A DNA stretch of 64,000 nt. Origin: an uncultured Chloroflexia bacterium (lineage in GTDB: Bacteria; Chloroflexota; Limnocylindria; Limnocylindrales; CSP1-4). Position 1 is the first letter of the stretch; each line of letters starts with the position of its first letter. Of this stretch, positions 27,032 to 36,284 are shown piece by piece. The stretch spans positions 576,001 to 640,000 of the forward strand of contig CAVYIM010000004.1 of assembly GCA_963768655.1 (NCBI GenBank), given 5' to 3'. The translations under genes were made by a program, and so were the position numbers. The notes below the pieces were generated by a model. It worked only from the letters and a program-made list of their open reading frames with translations. It made no database searches and had not been told where the DNA came from.

Positions 27032-28160
27032 GGCGGAGGCTGGGGCGTCCGAGGGCCGGGTTGCGTATCTGGACCTGGCGTCGGCTCACCGCGAGATCCA
27101 GCCCGAATTGGACGAGGTCGTGCACCGCGTCATCGCCCGCGGCTGGTTCGTGCTGGGGCCGGAGGTAGAGGCCTTCGAAGCCGAGTGGGCGGCCTACGTG
27201 GGCACGCGCGGCTGCGTGGGCGTCGGCAACGGCCTGGACGCGCTGACCCTGGCCCTGCGGGCAATGGATGTTGGGCCCGGGGACGAGGTGATCGTGCCCG
27301 GGCATACGTACGTGGCAACCTGGCTGGCGGTCAGCGCGGTCGGCGCGCGACCGGTGCCGGTGGACGTCGATCCGTGCACCTACGCGCTGGACCCGAGTCT
27401 GATCGAGGCGGCCATAACGGAACACACGCGGGTCGTTCTGCCGGTCCATCTGTATGGCCAGACCGCCGCCATGGACGAGATCATGGCGATCGCCCGGCGC
27501 CACGGCCTGCGCGTCCTGGAGGACGCCGCCCAGTCGCACGGCGCCCGCTATGGCGGAAGGCGTGCCGGCTCGTTGGGCGATGCCGCCGCGTGGAGCTTCT
27601 ACCCATCCAAGAACCTGGGCGCCCTGGGCGACGCCGGCGCCGTCACCAGCGACGACCCGGCGCTGCTCGAGCGCGTCAGGATGCTGCGGAACTACGGTTC
27701 GAGGCGGCGCAATCTCCATGAGATCGCGGGCGTCAACTCGCGCCTGGACGAGATCCAGGCCGCGGTCCTGCGGGTCAAGCTGCAACACCTCGACGAGTGG
27801 AACTCCCGCCGCGTTGGCGTCGCAGCCGCGTACCTGGAGGGACTGCGAGGCTCGGGCCTGGCCCTGCCCCAGGTGGCTTTCAACTGTGACCACGTCTGGC
27901 ACCTCTTCGTGGTCCGTCATCCCCGACGAGAGCGGTTGCGTGAGGCGTTGACGGCCGACGGTATCGAGACGCTGATCCATTACCCGACGCCGCCCCACCG
28001 GCAAGATGTGTACGCCGGCCTCGGCGTCCCCGCGGGCGCACTGGCCGTCAGCGAAGCGATCGCCCGAGAGGTCGTCAGCCTGCCCATGGGCCCGCAACTG
28101 ACCGCGGAGCAGGTTGCCCGCGTCGTCGAGTCCGTCCGGGGTGCGGCGGCCGGTCTCTGA
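27024..28160 (+). CDS. fdtB: DegT/FdtB-type sugar aminotransferase
   Basis: [30 protein letters not shown] (PLP Lys), [10 protein letters not shown]. Confidence 0.9.
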   Translation: MARAEAGASEGRVAYLDLASAHREIQPELDEVVHRVIARGWFVLGPEVEAFEAEWAAYVGTRGCVGVGNGLDALTLALRAMDVGPGDEVIVPGHTYVATWLAVSAVGARPVPVDVDPCTYALDPSLIEAAITEHTRVVLPVHLYGQTAAMDEIMAIARRHGLRVLEDAAQSHGARYGGRRAGSLGDAAAWSFYPSKNLGALGDAGAVTSDDPALLERVRMLRNYGSRRRNLHEIAGVNSRLDEIQAAVLRVKLQHLDEWNSRRVGVAAAYLEGLRGSGLALPQVAFNCDHVWHLFVVRHPRRERLREALTADGIETLIHYPTPPHRQDVYAGLGVPAGALAVSEAIAREVVSLPMGPQLTAEQVARVVESVRGAAAGL

Positions 28161-28219
28161 GCCGTAACGATCCGGCGAGGCGGGCGACCGAGCTTACGGC
28201 GCGGCAGCGAGCAGTCGGC

Positions 28220-29557
28220 TCAGGCCCCGCGTTTCTTCTTGAGGCGAGCTGAGTAGAGACCCTCGGGGTCGGCCAGGACGACCTTGGTCGGCAGCTTGAA
28301 CGCGGCAAGGGTCTGGCCGCACGACTTCCGGATGCGCTGCTTCAGGGAGGCCGCCGACTCGGGCGCGATGGTGGCGACCCTGGCGACGACGATCTGACCG
28401 AGCAGGGGATTGGCCTCGCCGTAGACGGCGACATCGCCGATGTTGTCGAGCTCGAGGATCGCCTGCTCGACCTCGGCGGGGTAGACTTTCTGGCCGGCGA
28501 TGTTGATGAGGTCGCTGTCGCGGCCCAGGATGCGAAGCCAGTCGCCGTCCACCTCGACGAGATCCTGAGTGTTGAACCAGCCTTCGGCGTCGAACGGATC
28601 GGGTGCGTTGAGGTATCCGGCCATCGCGTAGTCCGACTTGATCCAGAGGACCCCATCGACGACCTTGGTCTGGAAGCCGTCGCCCCCGACCCTTACCCAC
28701 AGAGATCCGTCTTCGCGGGACTTGGAACGCAGCACCCCCAGTTCCGTCAGGCCGTACGTCTGTTGAAGCAGGACGCGCGGGAAGGCGCGGCGCACCCGAT
28801 CCAGCGTCTGCTGCGGCATCACCTCCGTACCGTAGGTGATCTTCGTCAGCGAACTGAGATCGAAACGCTCCAGCGCGTCCGATCGCACAAGCATATTCAG
28901 GAAGGAAGGCGTCGTCGGCAGAACCTCGACGTGATAGTCCTGAATGGCTCGACATATGCTCACGACGGAACGATCGCGGACGGTGACCACCGTCCCCATG
29001 CCGCCGAGGATGGAGAAGATCGTGTTGATACCTCCGAAGTGGTCGAGCATCAGGAACGCGATCGCCACGATCCGGGGGCCGGGCCTGCGGAACTTCTCGA
29101 CCACGAGTCGCATGTCGTGAAGGATGGCTTTGGGCTTGCCGGTCGAACCGGACGAGAAGAGGATGAGCCCGGGATCGCCCGAGGACCGAAGCTCGAGAAG
29201 AAGCGAGTTCGATGGCTGCGTCGCCGTCCGGCTGAAACTCGCGTCGTTGGAAGTGAAGTCGATCACCCACTCCGCCTCCGACAGCCCGAGGATGGTGTCG
29301 CGCTCCACGACCGACTCGCGGGTGACTGGCACGACTATGTTGCCGTTCCGCATCAGGGCCAGCACCAGACAGAAGAGCTCCGGAGAGTAGTCGCCGAGGA
29401 CCGCGGCGATGTCTCCCGACGCCACGCCCTCCCGGCGAAGACGTTGCTCGAATGCTCTCGTGGTCGCGATCACCTGGCCGTACGAGAAGCTCCGGTCCCG
29501 ATCGAGGAACGCGACCGCATCCGGGACTGCCGCGAATCGCTCGAACAGGAAGTCCAC
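28220..29557 (-). CDS. ANL-family adenylating enzyme (acyl-AMP/acyl-ACP ligase)
   Basis: FSSGSTGKPK, YGLTE, WFNTQD, GQKVYPAEVE. Confidence 0.9.
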   Translation of the reverse strand: MDFLFERFAAVPDAVAFLDRDRSFSYGQVIATTRAFEQRLRREGVASGDIAAVLGDYSPELFCLVLALMRNGNIVVPVTRESVVERDTILGLSEAEWVIDFTSNDASFSRTATQPSNSLLLELRSSGDPGLILFSSGSTGKPKAILHDMRLVVEKFRRPGPRIVAIAFLMLDHFGGINTIFSILGGMGTVVTVRDRSVVSICRAIQDYHVEVLPTTPSFLNMLVRSDALERFDLSSLTKITYGTEVMPQQTLDRVRRAFPRVLLQQTYGLTELGVLRSKSREDGSLWVRVGGDGFQTKVVDGVLWIKSDYAMAGYLNAPDPFDAEGWFNTQDLVEVDGDWLRILGRDSDLINIAGQKVYPAEVEQAILELDNIGDVAVYGEANPLLGQIVVARVATIAPESAASLKQRIRKSCGQTLAAFKLPTKVVLADPEGLYSARLKKKRGA

Positions 29558-29592
29558 GCCGTTACCTCACGCAACTACTGCGAAACACTCGC

Positions 29593-30621
29593 CTACAACT
29601 CCACGATCGCCGTCGCCCATGACATGCCGACGCCGAACCCGGAGAGAAGGACGCGATCACCCGACTTGATACGTCCAAGATCCATCGCCTCTCGGATGGC
29701 GATTGGTATGGACGCAGAGACGGTGTTGCCGACATCGCGAAGGTTTGAGAAGGACTTCTCGGCGGGAATGTGCAGACGAGCGTTCAGGGCATCCAAAGCC
29801 ATCTTGCTTGCCTGGTGGAAGATCACAAGGTCGATGTCATCCATGGTCATCTGCATGCGTTCCAGCAGCGACCTGACCTGTCGCGGGACGGTCGCATTCA
29901 CGACCGACATGACGCCCGCGCCGTTCATGTGGATATTCTCCAGAGAGCGCAGGTTCCCGCCGCCGTCGGGTTGGGCGATGGCAGTGTCCGGCGTGTGGGG
30001 CATCCGACATCCCCCGGCGGGGATGATGAAGTTCCGGTGTTCCTTGCCCGAGGTCGCATACTGGATCCCAACCAACCCGCGGGTCGAGCCGGATGACGTG
30101 ATCCACGTCGCGGCCGCGCCATCGCCGAACAATGCCCGAGCTGAACGATCCCTTGGATTGATGTACTTCGAATACGTGTCGGCCGTGACGAGGAGCACGT
30201 TGGTCGCGGCATCGCTTGCCAGGAGAGATTGGGCCAGTCCCAAGCCGTAGACGAAGCCTGAGCACCCCAGGTTGAAGTCGATCGCAAAGACATTCTCGGG
30301 CAGACCCAGGAAGCCATGCAGGAGACTCGAATTCGGAGGCATTACGTAGTCGCCACTCTGCGTGCAGAAAAGGATGGCGTCTATCCGCTCGTGAGCCTCC
30401 GGATGCTCCTGAAACAGTGCCTCGCAAGCGCCGCAGGCGAGGTCGAACGCAGTTTCGTCGTCGCGGGCAATGTGCCGCCTGGCGACGCCCGTGCGCGCCG
30501 TGACGTTGTCCATGTTCCACCCCGGATTGTCTGCGCTCAAGTCTTCGTTCGTCAGGACAAGCTCGGGCAGAACGTAGGTGATGCCGCGAATATCGGCTCT
30601 GGCGACGGCGGCAACGCTCAA
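29593..30621 (-). CDS. FabH-like 3-oxoacyl-ACP synthase III
   Basis: Catalytic Cys (LGCSG), His (FHQAS) and Asn (GNTVSAS); GFGVGMSW. Confidence 0.93.
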   Translation of the reverse strand: MSVAAVARADIRGITYVLPELVLTNEDLSADNPGWNMDNVTARTGVARRHIARDDETAFDLACGACEALFQEHPEAHERIDAILFCTQSGDYVMPPNSSLLHGFLGLPENVFAIDFNLGCSGFVYGLGLAQSLLASDAATNVLLVTADTYSKYINPRDRSARALFGDGAAATWITSSGSTRGLVGIQYATSGKEHRNFIIPAGGCRMPHTPDTAIAQPDGGGNLRSLENIHMNGAGVMSVVNATVPRQVRSLLERMQMTMDDIDLVIFHQASKMALDALNARLHIPAEKSFSNLRDVGNTVSASIPIAIREAMDLGRIKSGDRVLLSGFGVGMSWATAIVEL

Positions 30622-31289
30622 CTCAACACCGCATCTGACAGTCCCAGGATGCGCCGCAACGGCACATTGGATCGTTTGATCTCACCGAAGGCAGCGGCTC
30701 CGCCGTGACCGGGGTAGATGAAGGCATCCTCGGGCAACGCGTCCCAGAGTCTCCGCACGGAGGCCACGAGCTGTTCCCGATTCTCGCCCGGCAGCGAGCC
30801 GAACCACACGTCGTGACGAAAGACCGTGTCTCCCGTGAATGCATCCCCATTGAACAGCAGGACAGTGCTGCCGGGGGTGTGCCCGGGGACATGAAGGACG
30901 TCGACACGGTCAGGCCCAGCCACCCACGAGAACCCCTCGCCAACAACGACATAATCCTCGGGCACCACGATCCTATATGGGTACTTGAGAGCGGCCAGCA
31001 GGAAGTTGGACGACCGCGCCGTCCTGATGTCGGCATCATGCAGGTGCAGCGGGATCGAATGCTTCCGCTGGAAGTGCTCGGCGCTGCCCAGGTGGTCGAA
31101 ATGGCCGTGTGTACAGAAGATCGCCCGAGGAACAAGTTTCAGCTCATCGAGGCTGGCCTCGATTGCCTCACGGTCCAGGCCGGGGTCGACGAGGACGCAC
31201 TCTCCGGGCGTACTCATCGGGCAAATGTAGGTGTTCGCCAGGAACTCCCTGTTCGTGACACGGGTGATTGTCGCCGCGGGAGCATTCAC
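30618..31289 (-). CDS. Metallo-beta-lactamase-fold hydrolase
   Basis: THGHFDH, PGHTPG, FTGD, PGHG. Confidence 0.9.
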   Translation of the reverse strand: MNAPAATITRVTNREFLANTYICPMSTPGECVLVDPGLDREAIEASLDELKLVPRAIFCTHGHFDHLGSAEHFQRKHSIPLHLHDADIRTARSSNFLLAALKYPYRIVVPEDYVVVGEGFSWVAGPDRVDVLHVPGHTPGSTVLLFNGDAFTGDTVFRHDVWFGSLPGENREQLVASVRRLWDALPEDAFIYPGHGGAAAFGEIKRSNVPLRRILGLSDAVLS

Positions 31290-32011
31290 CCATGCACCCC
31301 GCCGAGGAATACTGTCTGGGCCGTGATGTAGGAACTCTGAGGAGATGCGAAGAAGTCAATCACGTTGAACACATCGTCCGGAACTGCCAAACGTGGAATT
31401 GGCATGCCGGCGATGACCTCGTCCACTTTCTCGCGCGGCAGCTGACGAAGCATGTCGGTGTCGATCGCGGACACGGCGAGCGTGTTGACGGTGACTCCGA
31501 AGCCGGCGAACTCCTTCGCCAGAACGGCAGCGAGAGTCATCGATCCGGCCTTTGTCGCGGCATAGACGGAATCGCCGATCGGCTCGAGCGTCGATGCCAT
31601 GGAGCCGATGTTGATGATCCGTCCATACTTGCGCTTCCGCATGAGCTTGGCCGCCTCGCGCGACACGTAGAACGTCCCGAGGAGGTTGGTGCGCAGCATC
31701 TCCTCCGCTCGAGGGGCCGGCAAGAGCATGGCATGGATCGATGTGAGGACCGCGGCGTTGTTTATGAGGATGTCGACTCTGCCATGGGCGCGAGCTATCG
31801 CGACGAACGCTGCCCTGACGGCGAGATCGTCGCCGACGTCGACGTTGTAGTGGCTGTAGTTCCCGTGTGCGATCGACGAGTCGCCTCTGCTGAAGCCGAT
31901 GACCTGAGCGCCCTGATCAAGGAAGTGGTCCGTCAGCAGCCGTCCCAGGCCCTTCCGGGCTCCAGTGACGACTGCAACTCTTCCGGCGTACTTAGGGTCG
32001 TCCGGCATCAC
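31286..32011 (-). CDS. FabG-like SDR ketoreductase
   Basis: TGARKGLG, LINNA, YAATK. Confidence 0.92.
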   Translation of the reverse strand: MMPDDPKYAGRVAVVTGARKGLGRLLTDHFLDQGAQVIGFSRGDSSIAHGNYSHYNVDVGDDLAVRAAFVAIARAHGRVDILINNAAVLTSIHAMLLPAPRAEEMLRTNLLGTFYVSREAAKLMRKRKYGRIINIGSMASTLEPIGDSVYAATKAGSMTLAAVLAKEFAGFGVTVNTLAVSAIDTDMLRQLPREKVDEVIAGMPIPRLAVPDDVFNVIDFFASPQSSYITAQTVFLGGVHG

Positions 32012-32310
32012 TTCTGCCCTGCGATCAGCTCCATGATGTAGTCCCTCAGCGTCTTCGCGGTCGCATACGGCGATTCGGGCCGCGACATGGCACGATCGTC
32101 GGCGAGGCTGACATCCAGTCCATAGTCGAGGTTGAGCGCCGCCTCGACATCAGTGATGACCGAGACGAAACCGAGGGAGTCGATCTCGGCGTCGACGCCG
32201 AACAGGGGAGTGGCCAGGGAGACGCGTATGCGGTCATCGGGATCGCGCTCGTCGTTGAGGGAGTCGAGGGCGTGGAGGATGATTGCGTCGACTTCTGCAC
32301 TGGTGATCAT
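32008..32310 (-). CDS. Acyl carrier protein
   Basis: Acidic 100-aa protein with LFG...IDSLGFV (phosphopantetheine Ser). Confidence 0.85.
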   Translation of the reverse strand: MITSAEVDAIILHALDSLNDERDPDDRIRVSLATPLFGVDAEIDSLGFVSVITDVEAALNLDYGLDVSLADDRAMSRPESPYATAKTLRDYIMELIAGQK

Positions 32311-32312
32311 GT

Positions 32313-32900
32313 TTATCCCTTGTGTTCGGTTGACTGGCCGCTTCTGGCTGTCGCGATGAGCGCATTCATTCGAGGCAGGGCGACCGTCCGGTATTCTTCT
32401 TCGAGCATCCCCACGCAGATTGCGTCCCGGAAGCGACCCCCGATGAAGTAGTGCTGACGGAGCCGCCCCTCCTCCTTCATGCCGAGAAACTTCTGCCACT
32501 TGAGCATCAGCCGATTGTCCGCGACCACGGTGCCGTGGACCCTTCTCAACCCCATCTGGTCGAACGCCAGCTGATACAGAAGCTTCATCGATTCGACCGC
32601 AACGGGCAATCCTCTCACCGCATCGGGTTCCCCGATGAGGAAGCGCGCGGCTTCGGCTCGCCGGTTCATCTCATCGATGGCAATCAGGGAGAGCATTCCG
32701 ACAGGCTGGCCGGAACGGAGCTGGATTACGAAGTTGAGCTCATTGGTCGGTCGCGAGGCGATCCACTCGGCCTGCTCCGCGGCGTTCACGGCGCCGCGAT
32801 TTAGAAGAGCCCCCCGGTCGCTCCGGCGCCAGGCGAGCGTGAGCTCGGCATCGTCGATCCGGAGCGGTCGAAGGACGACATACTGTCCGCAGAGCTCCAT
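32313..32900 (-). CDS. GNAT (RimJ/PseH-like) N-acyltransferase
   Basis: VVLRPL, AFDQMGLRRV, GMKEEGRLRQH. Confidence 0.85.
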   Translation of the reverse strand: MELCGQYVVLRPLRIDDAELTLAWRRSDRGALLNRGAVNAAEQAEWIASRPTNELNFVIQLRSGQPVGMLSLIAIDEMNRRAEAARFLIGEPDAVRGLPVAVESMKLLYQLAFDQMGLRRVHGTVVADNRLMLKWQKFLGMKEEGRLRQHYFIGGRFRDAICVGMLEEEYRTVALPRMNALIATARSGQSTEHKG

Positions 32901-32988
32901 TTCGACGGATCTCCGGTTGTGCGCGATCCCTTTCAGGCCGGGCCACAACGTGACGGTGCCACGGGGTCCCGTCTTCGGCCGCGGCTGG

Positions 32989-32994
32989 ATTATA
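32989..32994 (-). promoter_or_regulatory. Perfect TATAAT -10 box upstream of the acyl cassette
   Basis: TATAAT on the minus strand about 90 nt before the GNAT start. No clear -35. Confidence 0.5.
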
Positions 32995-33030
32995 GGGCCG
33001 GAAACGATGGTGCCCTGATCGACCTCTTGT

Positions 33031-33474
33031 TCAGGCTCCGCGAGCGAGGACCGCGGGCAGGCGCTCCTGATCGTGCTCGCGAGAGCCGAGCTGCTCGCGG
33101 ACCAGATCGAGGAAGTGGTGCAGCCGGAACGGTTTGAGGATCAGGCCGTTGGCGCCCGAGTCGCGGGCTGCCGCCTCGTCCGGTGACTGGCCCGTCAGGA
33201 TTAGGACGCGCATCCCCGTGAGAGACGGGCAGCGGCGCAGATCGGCGGTGAGCCGGTAGCCATCACGATCCGGCAGCCCCACATCCACGATTGCCAGAAC
33301 CGGTCGATACTGCAGGGCCAGAGCCTCTCCCTCCGCCGCCGTGTGGGCGGTCAGGAGGTGAACCCTCAGGCCGCGCAGGGCGGCTTCCAGAGCGCCATGG
33401 ACGTACTCGTCATCGTCCACGATCAACACTGCAGGTGAGTGGTTCCCCGCGTGGAGCGGTGTGGGAGTTGTCAT
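33031..33474 (-). CDS. Stand-alone receiver-domain response regulator
   Basis: VLIVDDD, IVDVGLPDRDG, LTG, KPF. Confidence 0.88.
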   Translation of the reverse strand: MTTPTPLHAGNHSPAVLIVDDDEYVHGALEAALRGLRVHLLTAHTAAEGEALALQYRPVLAIVDVGLPDRDGYRLTADLRRCPSLTGMRVLILTGQSPDEAAARDSGANGLILKPFRLHHFLDLVREQLGSREHDQERLPAVLARGA

Positions 33475-33547
33475 ACGCCCCGGAGGGTAGCCCACGACCG
33501 AGGGATCTGGAATGCTGCGTTTGCATGGTCTTGGGCAGGACCCCGAG

Positions 33548-33573
33548 CGGCGCGGAAGCGGACTTCCGCGCCG
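33548..33573. repeat. Perfect 11-bp inverted repeat downstream of cheR
   Basis: cggcgcggaag-cgga-cttccgcgccg, with no U tract. Confidence 0.6.
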
Positions 33574-33626
33574 TGGACGGCCCGGTCGTGCGGGCCCGGC
33601 GGGCCCAGGCGTCGCCGGCAGTGGAT

Positions 33627-34469
33627 CTACCCGGGGCGCCTGTAGAAGGTGAGCCCAGCCGGCTCGAGGCCGACCGCCCGGGCGTTTGGGATCGACTCGG
33701 TGGCCCCGAGGAAGAGAACTCCGCCCGGCCGAAGCGCGTCGCAGAAGCGCCGGTACAGGTCGATCTTGGCCTGCTCGGTGAAGTAGATCACGACGTTTCG
33801 GCAGCAGATCAGGTCGAACGGCTTCTCGTAGACATCCTTGAGAAGGTCATGTCGCCCGAAGGTGACCAGGGCCTTCAGCTCCGGCTTCACCTCCCATTTG
33901 CCCTCGTTGGGTCGGAAGAAGTGAGTCCGGCGCGCATCCGAGACGCCCGCCATCTGGGCCTCCGTGTAGGTCGCCAGCCTGGCTCGAGACAGAATCGTGT
34001 CGTCGAGGTCGGTGGCCAGGATTCGGACAGACGTGGCTGGCGCGATCTCGCGGACCAGCATCGCCAGGCTGAAGGGCTCGTACCCGAGCGAACAGCCGGC
34101 ACTCCAGATCCGAACCGAGAGCTGACTGCGCAGCATCGGCTTCAGGTGTCGATCGACCAGGGTGTCCCAGGCCTCCGGGTTCCGGAAGAACTCGCTGACA
34201 TTGATGGTCAGCATGTCCAGGAATGCCTGTCGCAGAACGACGTCCTGGCGTGCCCGTGCGACCAGAACATCGGAGTCGGCCAGCCCGCGGGCTGTGGCGA
34301 AACCGTTCACTCGGCGCCAGACCTGTGCCGGCTTGTACTGGCCGAGGTCGATCCCCAGCAGGCTGCGGACCTCTCGCGCGAGCCGCTCGTAGGCGACGGT
34401 GTCGAGCTCGGGGATCGGCGCGAATGCGGGCAGAATGGCAGGTCGTTCGCGGCGTGGCGGAGTCTCCAT
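33627..34469 (-). CDS. cheR: Chemotaxis methyltransferase CheR
   Basis: TINVSEFFRN, IWSAGCSLGYEP, FDLICCRNVVIYF. Confidence 0.96.
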   Translation of the reverse strand: METPPRRERPAILPAFAPIPELDTVAYERLAREVRSLLGIDLGQYKPAQVWRRVNGFATARGLADSDVLVARARQDVVLRQAFLDMLTINVSEFFRNPEAWDTLVDRHLKPMLRSQLSVRIWSAGCSLGYEPFSLAMLVREIAPATSVRILATDLDDTILSRARLATYTEAQMAGVSDARRTHFFRPNEGKWEVKPELKALVTFGRHDLLKDVYEKPFDLICCRNVVIYFTEQAKIDLYRRFCDALRPGGVLFLGATESIPNARAVGLEPAGLTFYRRPG

Positions 34470-34477
34470 CGGTGTAG

Positions 34478-34505
34478 GTATCGGCTGGCCGGTCGCCGGA
34501 TTTGA
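34478..34505 (-). promoter_or_regulatory. Sigma28-like promoter of cheR, near-leaderless
   Basis: TCAA-N16-GCCGATAC, then 8 nt, then ATG. Confidence 0.75.
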
Positions 34506-34519
34506 CCGTGCGGCCGATC

Positions 34520-34546
34520 TCAAGGGGGTTCGGATGGTACCGACAC
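34520..34546 (+). promoter_or_regulatory. Sigma28-like promoter of the HD-GYP gene
   Basis: TCAA-N15-ACCGACAC. Confidence 0.65.
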
Positions 34547-34586
34547 CTCCTGTGGGCACTCAGCCCCGCCCGCCTGTCGAGCAGCC

Positions 34587-35630
34587 ATGTCAGTTCAACC
34601 GGTCATCACCGCCGCCCCGCCAGGATTCGAGCCCGTTCCGGCCCGAGTCCTGACCGACATCGACACGCTGCCCTGCGACCTCTACATCTGGCGCGGGCCG
34701 CGGCCGATCCTCTACGCCATGCGAGGCGGCGACCTGCGGCGTGTCATCGCCCGGGCCCAGCGCGGGATGTCGTTCCTGGTTCGCGAGATCGATGCCGACC
34801 TGCTCCACGGAGCCCTGGCCGCGTCGCTGCCGCGGGTGCTCGCCAACCAGCACATGTCGCCCATCGAGCGCAGCAAGACGGCCTATTCGATCGCCGCCAA
34901 AGTGCTGGCCCCGGTCTTCATGCGCGAGCGGCCGCTCGACCACGACGGCCTGATGATGACCCAGAACACCATCGACGCCATCACGTTCCGCATGCTGGAG
35001 GACGAGGATCTGGTGTGGGCCATGGTCGCCACGATGCAGAAGCACACGGCGACGCACACGCACGCCATCAACTCCGCCGTATACGGCATCGTTCTCGCCC
35101 GCTTCACCCGATTCGGTGGGTCGCAGGAGATTCGAGACGTGGCCCGTGGCGGCCTCCTCCACGACATCGGCAAGAACCGCGTGCCCAAAGTGATACTGGA
35201 CAAGCCGGGGCCGCTCGATGCCGTCGAGTGGCAGGTCATGCGAGGCCACGCCAAGGCCGGCACCGACATGATCGTGCGTGCCCTCGGCTACGCTCCCTCC
35301 TACGCCCACATCATTTCCGAGCACCACGAGCGCTGCGACGGGTCGGGCTATCCGGCTTCGCGCGCCGGGTCCCAGATCGCCCTGGACAGCCAGGTCGTGG
35401 CCATCGTCGACGCCTTCGACGCGCTGACTTCTCGCCGGCCGTACAAGACGGCCGTGACCGCCTTCGAGGCCCTGCACCTGATGCGGGTGGCGATGCGCGG
35501 CCAGTTCAACGACGAGCTGCTGCGGGACTTCATCAAGCTCCTGGGCGGCTGGAACGCCCTGAGCGGCGGCAGCATCTCCGGCGAGGTCTCCAACCCCGAT
35601 CTGGTGGGCAGCCTCCGGGTCGCGGGGTAG
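34587..35630 (+). CDS. HD-GYP cyclic-dinucleotide phosphodiesterase
   Basis: LLHDIGK, ILDKPGPL, HHERCDGSGYP, DAFDALTSRRPYK. Confidence 0.93.
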   Translation: MSVQPVITAAPPGFEPVPARVLTDIDTLPCDLYIWRGPRPILYAMRGGDLRRVIARAQRGMSFLVREIDADLLHGALAASLPRVLANQHMSPIERSKTAYSIAAKVLAPVFMRERPLDHDGLMMTQNTIDAITFRMLEDEDLVWAMVATMQKHTATHTHAINSAVYGIVLARFTRFGGSQEIRDVARGGLLHDIGKNRVPKVILDKPGPLDAVEWQVMRGHAKAGTDMIVRALGYAPSYAHIISEHHERCDGSGYPASRAGSQIALDSQVVAIVDAFDALTSRRPYKTAVTAFEALHLMRVAMRGQFNDELLRDFIKLLGGWNALSGGSISGEVSNPDLVGSLRVAG

Positions 35631-36284
35631 GGGAGTCTCGGCCGGGCGAGTGTGCCAGTCCCAGTGAGAAGGGCAGCCGTGGGGCGAGGCCGTAGGGCAT
35701 GCCCGACGAATTCTCGGCCGGGACGATAACGGTGGGAAGGGGTCCGGCGGCGACCGACGTAGGAGGCGACGGGAGCAGCACGCGAGCGAGACACAATCGT
35801 GAGCGAAGCGAGCGTTTGCGCCGACCGAGCCTGCGTCCTGCCGCCTGATCCCCGCCACTGCGTGAACTTCCCCAGCGCCGGAGGCGCATGAACCGCCCCG
35901 AATCAGCAAGCGGGACCGAACGCCAGCTCGCGGAAAGATTCCGTCATCCACACCTGGTCGGAGTGTTGGACACGGACTCCGTGCATGGCTCGCCGATCTG
36001 AGACCACTGCGAGGGCTTCATCACGCTCGGCCGAGCGGGGGGCGGTAACCTCTGGACCCATCTCGCTCGCCTCGGACGGCTTCATTCGCGTGCAACACGC
36101 CTGGGGGGCGTATCTGCAAGAAACGCGGCCCACCTGGTTCGATCGCTGCCGCTCGGCCGATCCGGAACGCCGACCGATGCGGCAGGCAGGGGCGGTAGGC
36201 GTCCGGCCGTCAGGCAGTCAGGCCTCGGGCCGGCGACAGCCCCCAAGGAGCCGCCCCTTCGTCGCGAGCCCCCGCGAGCCCAGG

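Noticed and set aside
28220-32900. Independent secondary-metabolite (PKS/NRPS-like) cluster
   Set aside because: No elongating KS/CLF or condensation domain and no exporter. The context beside aminosugar and GT genes favours glycan acylation, though this is not proven.
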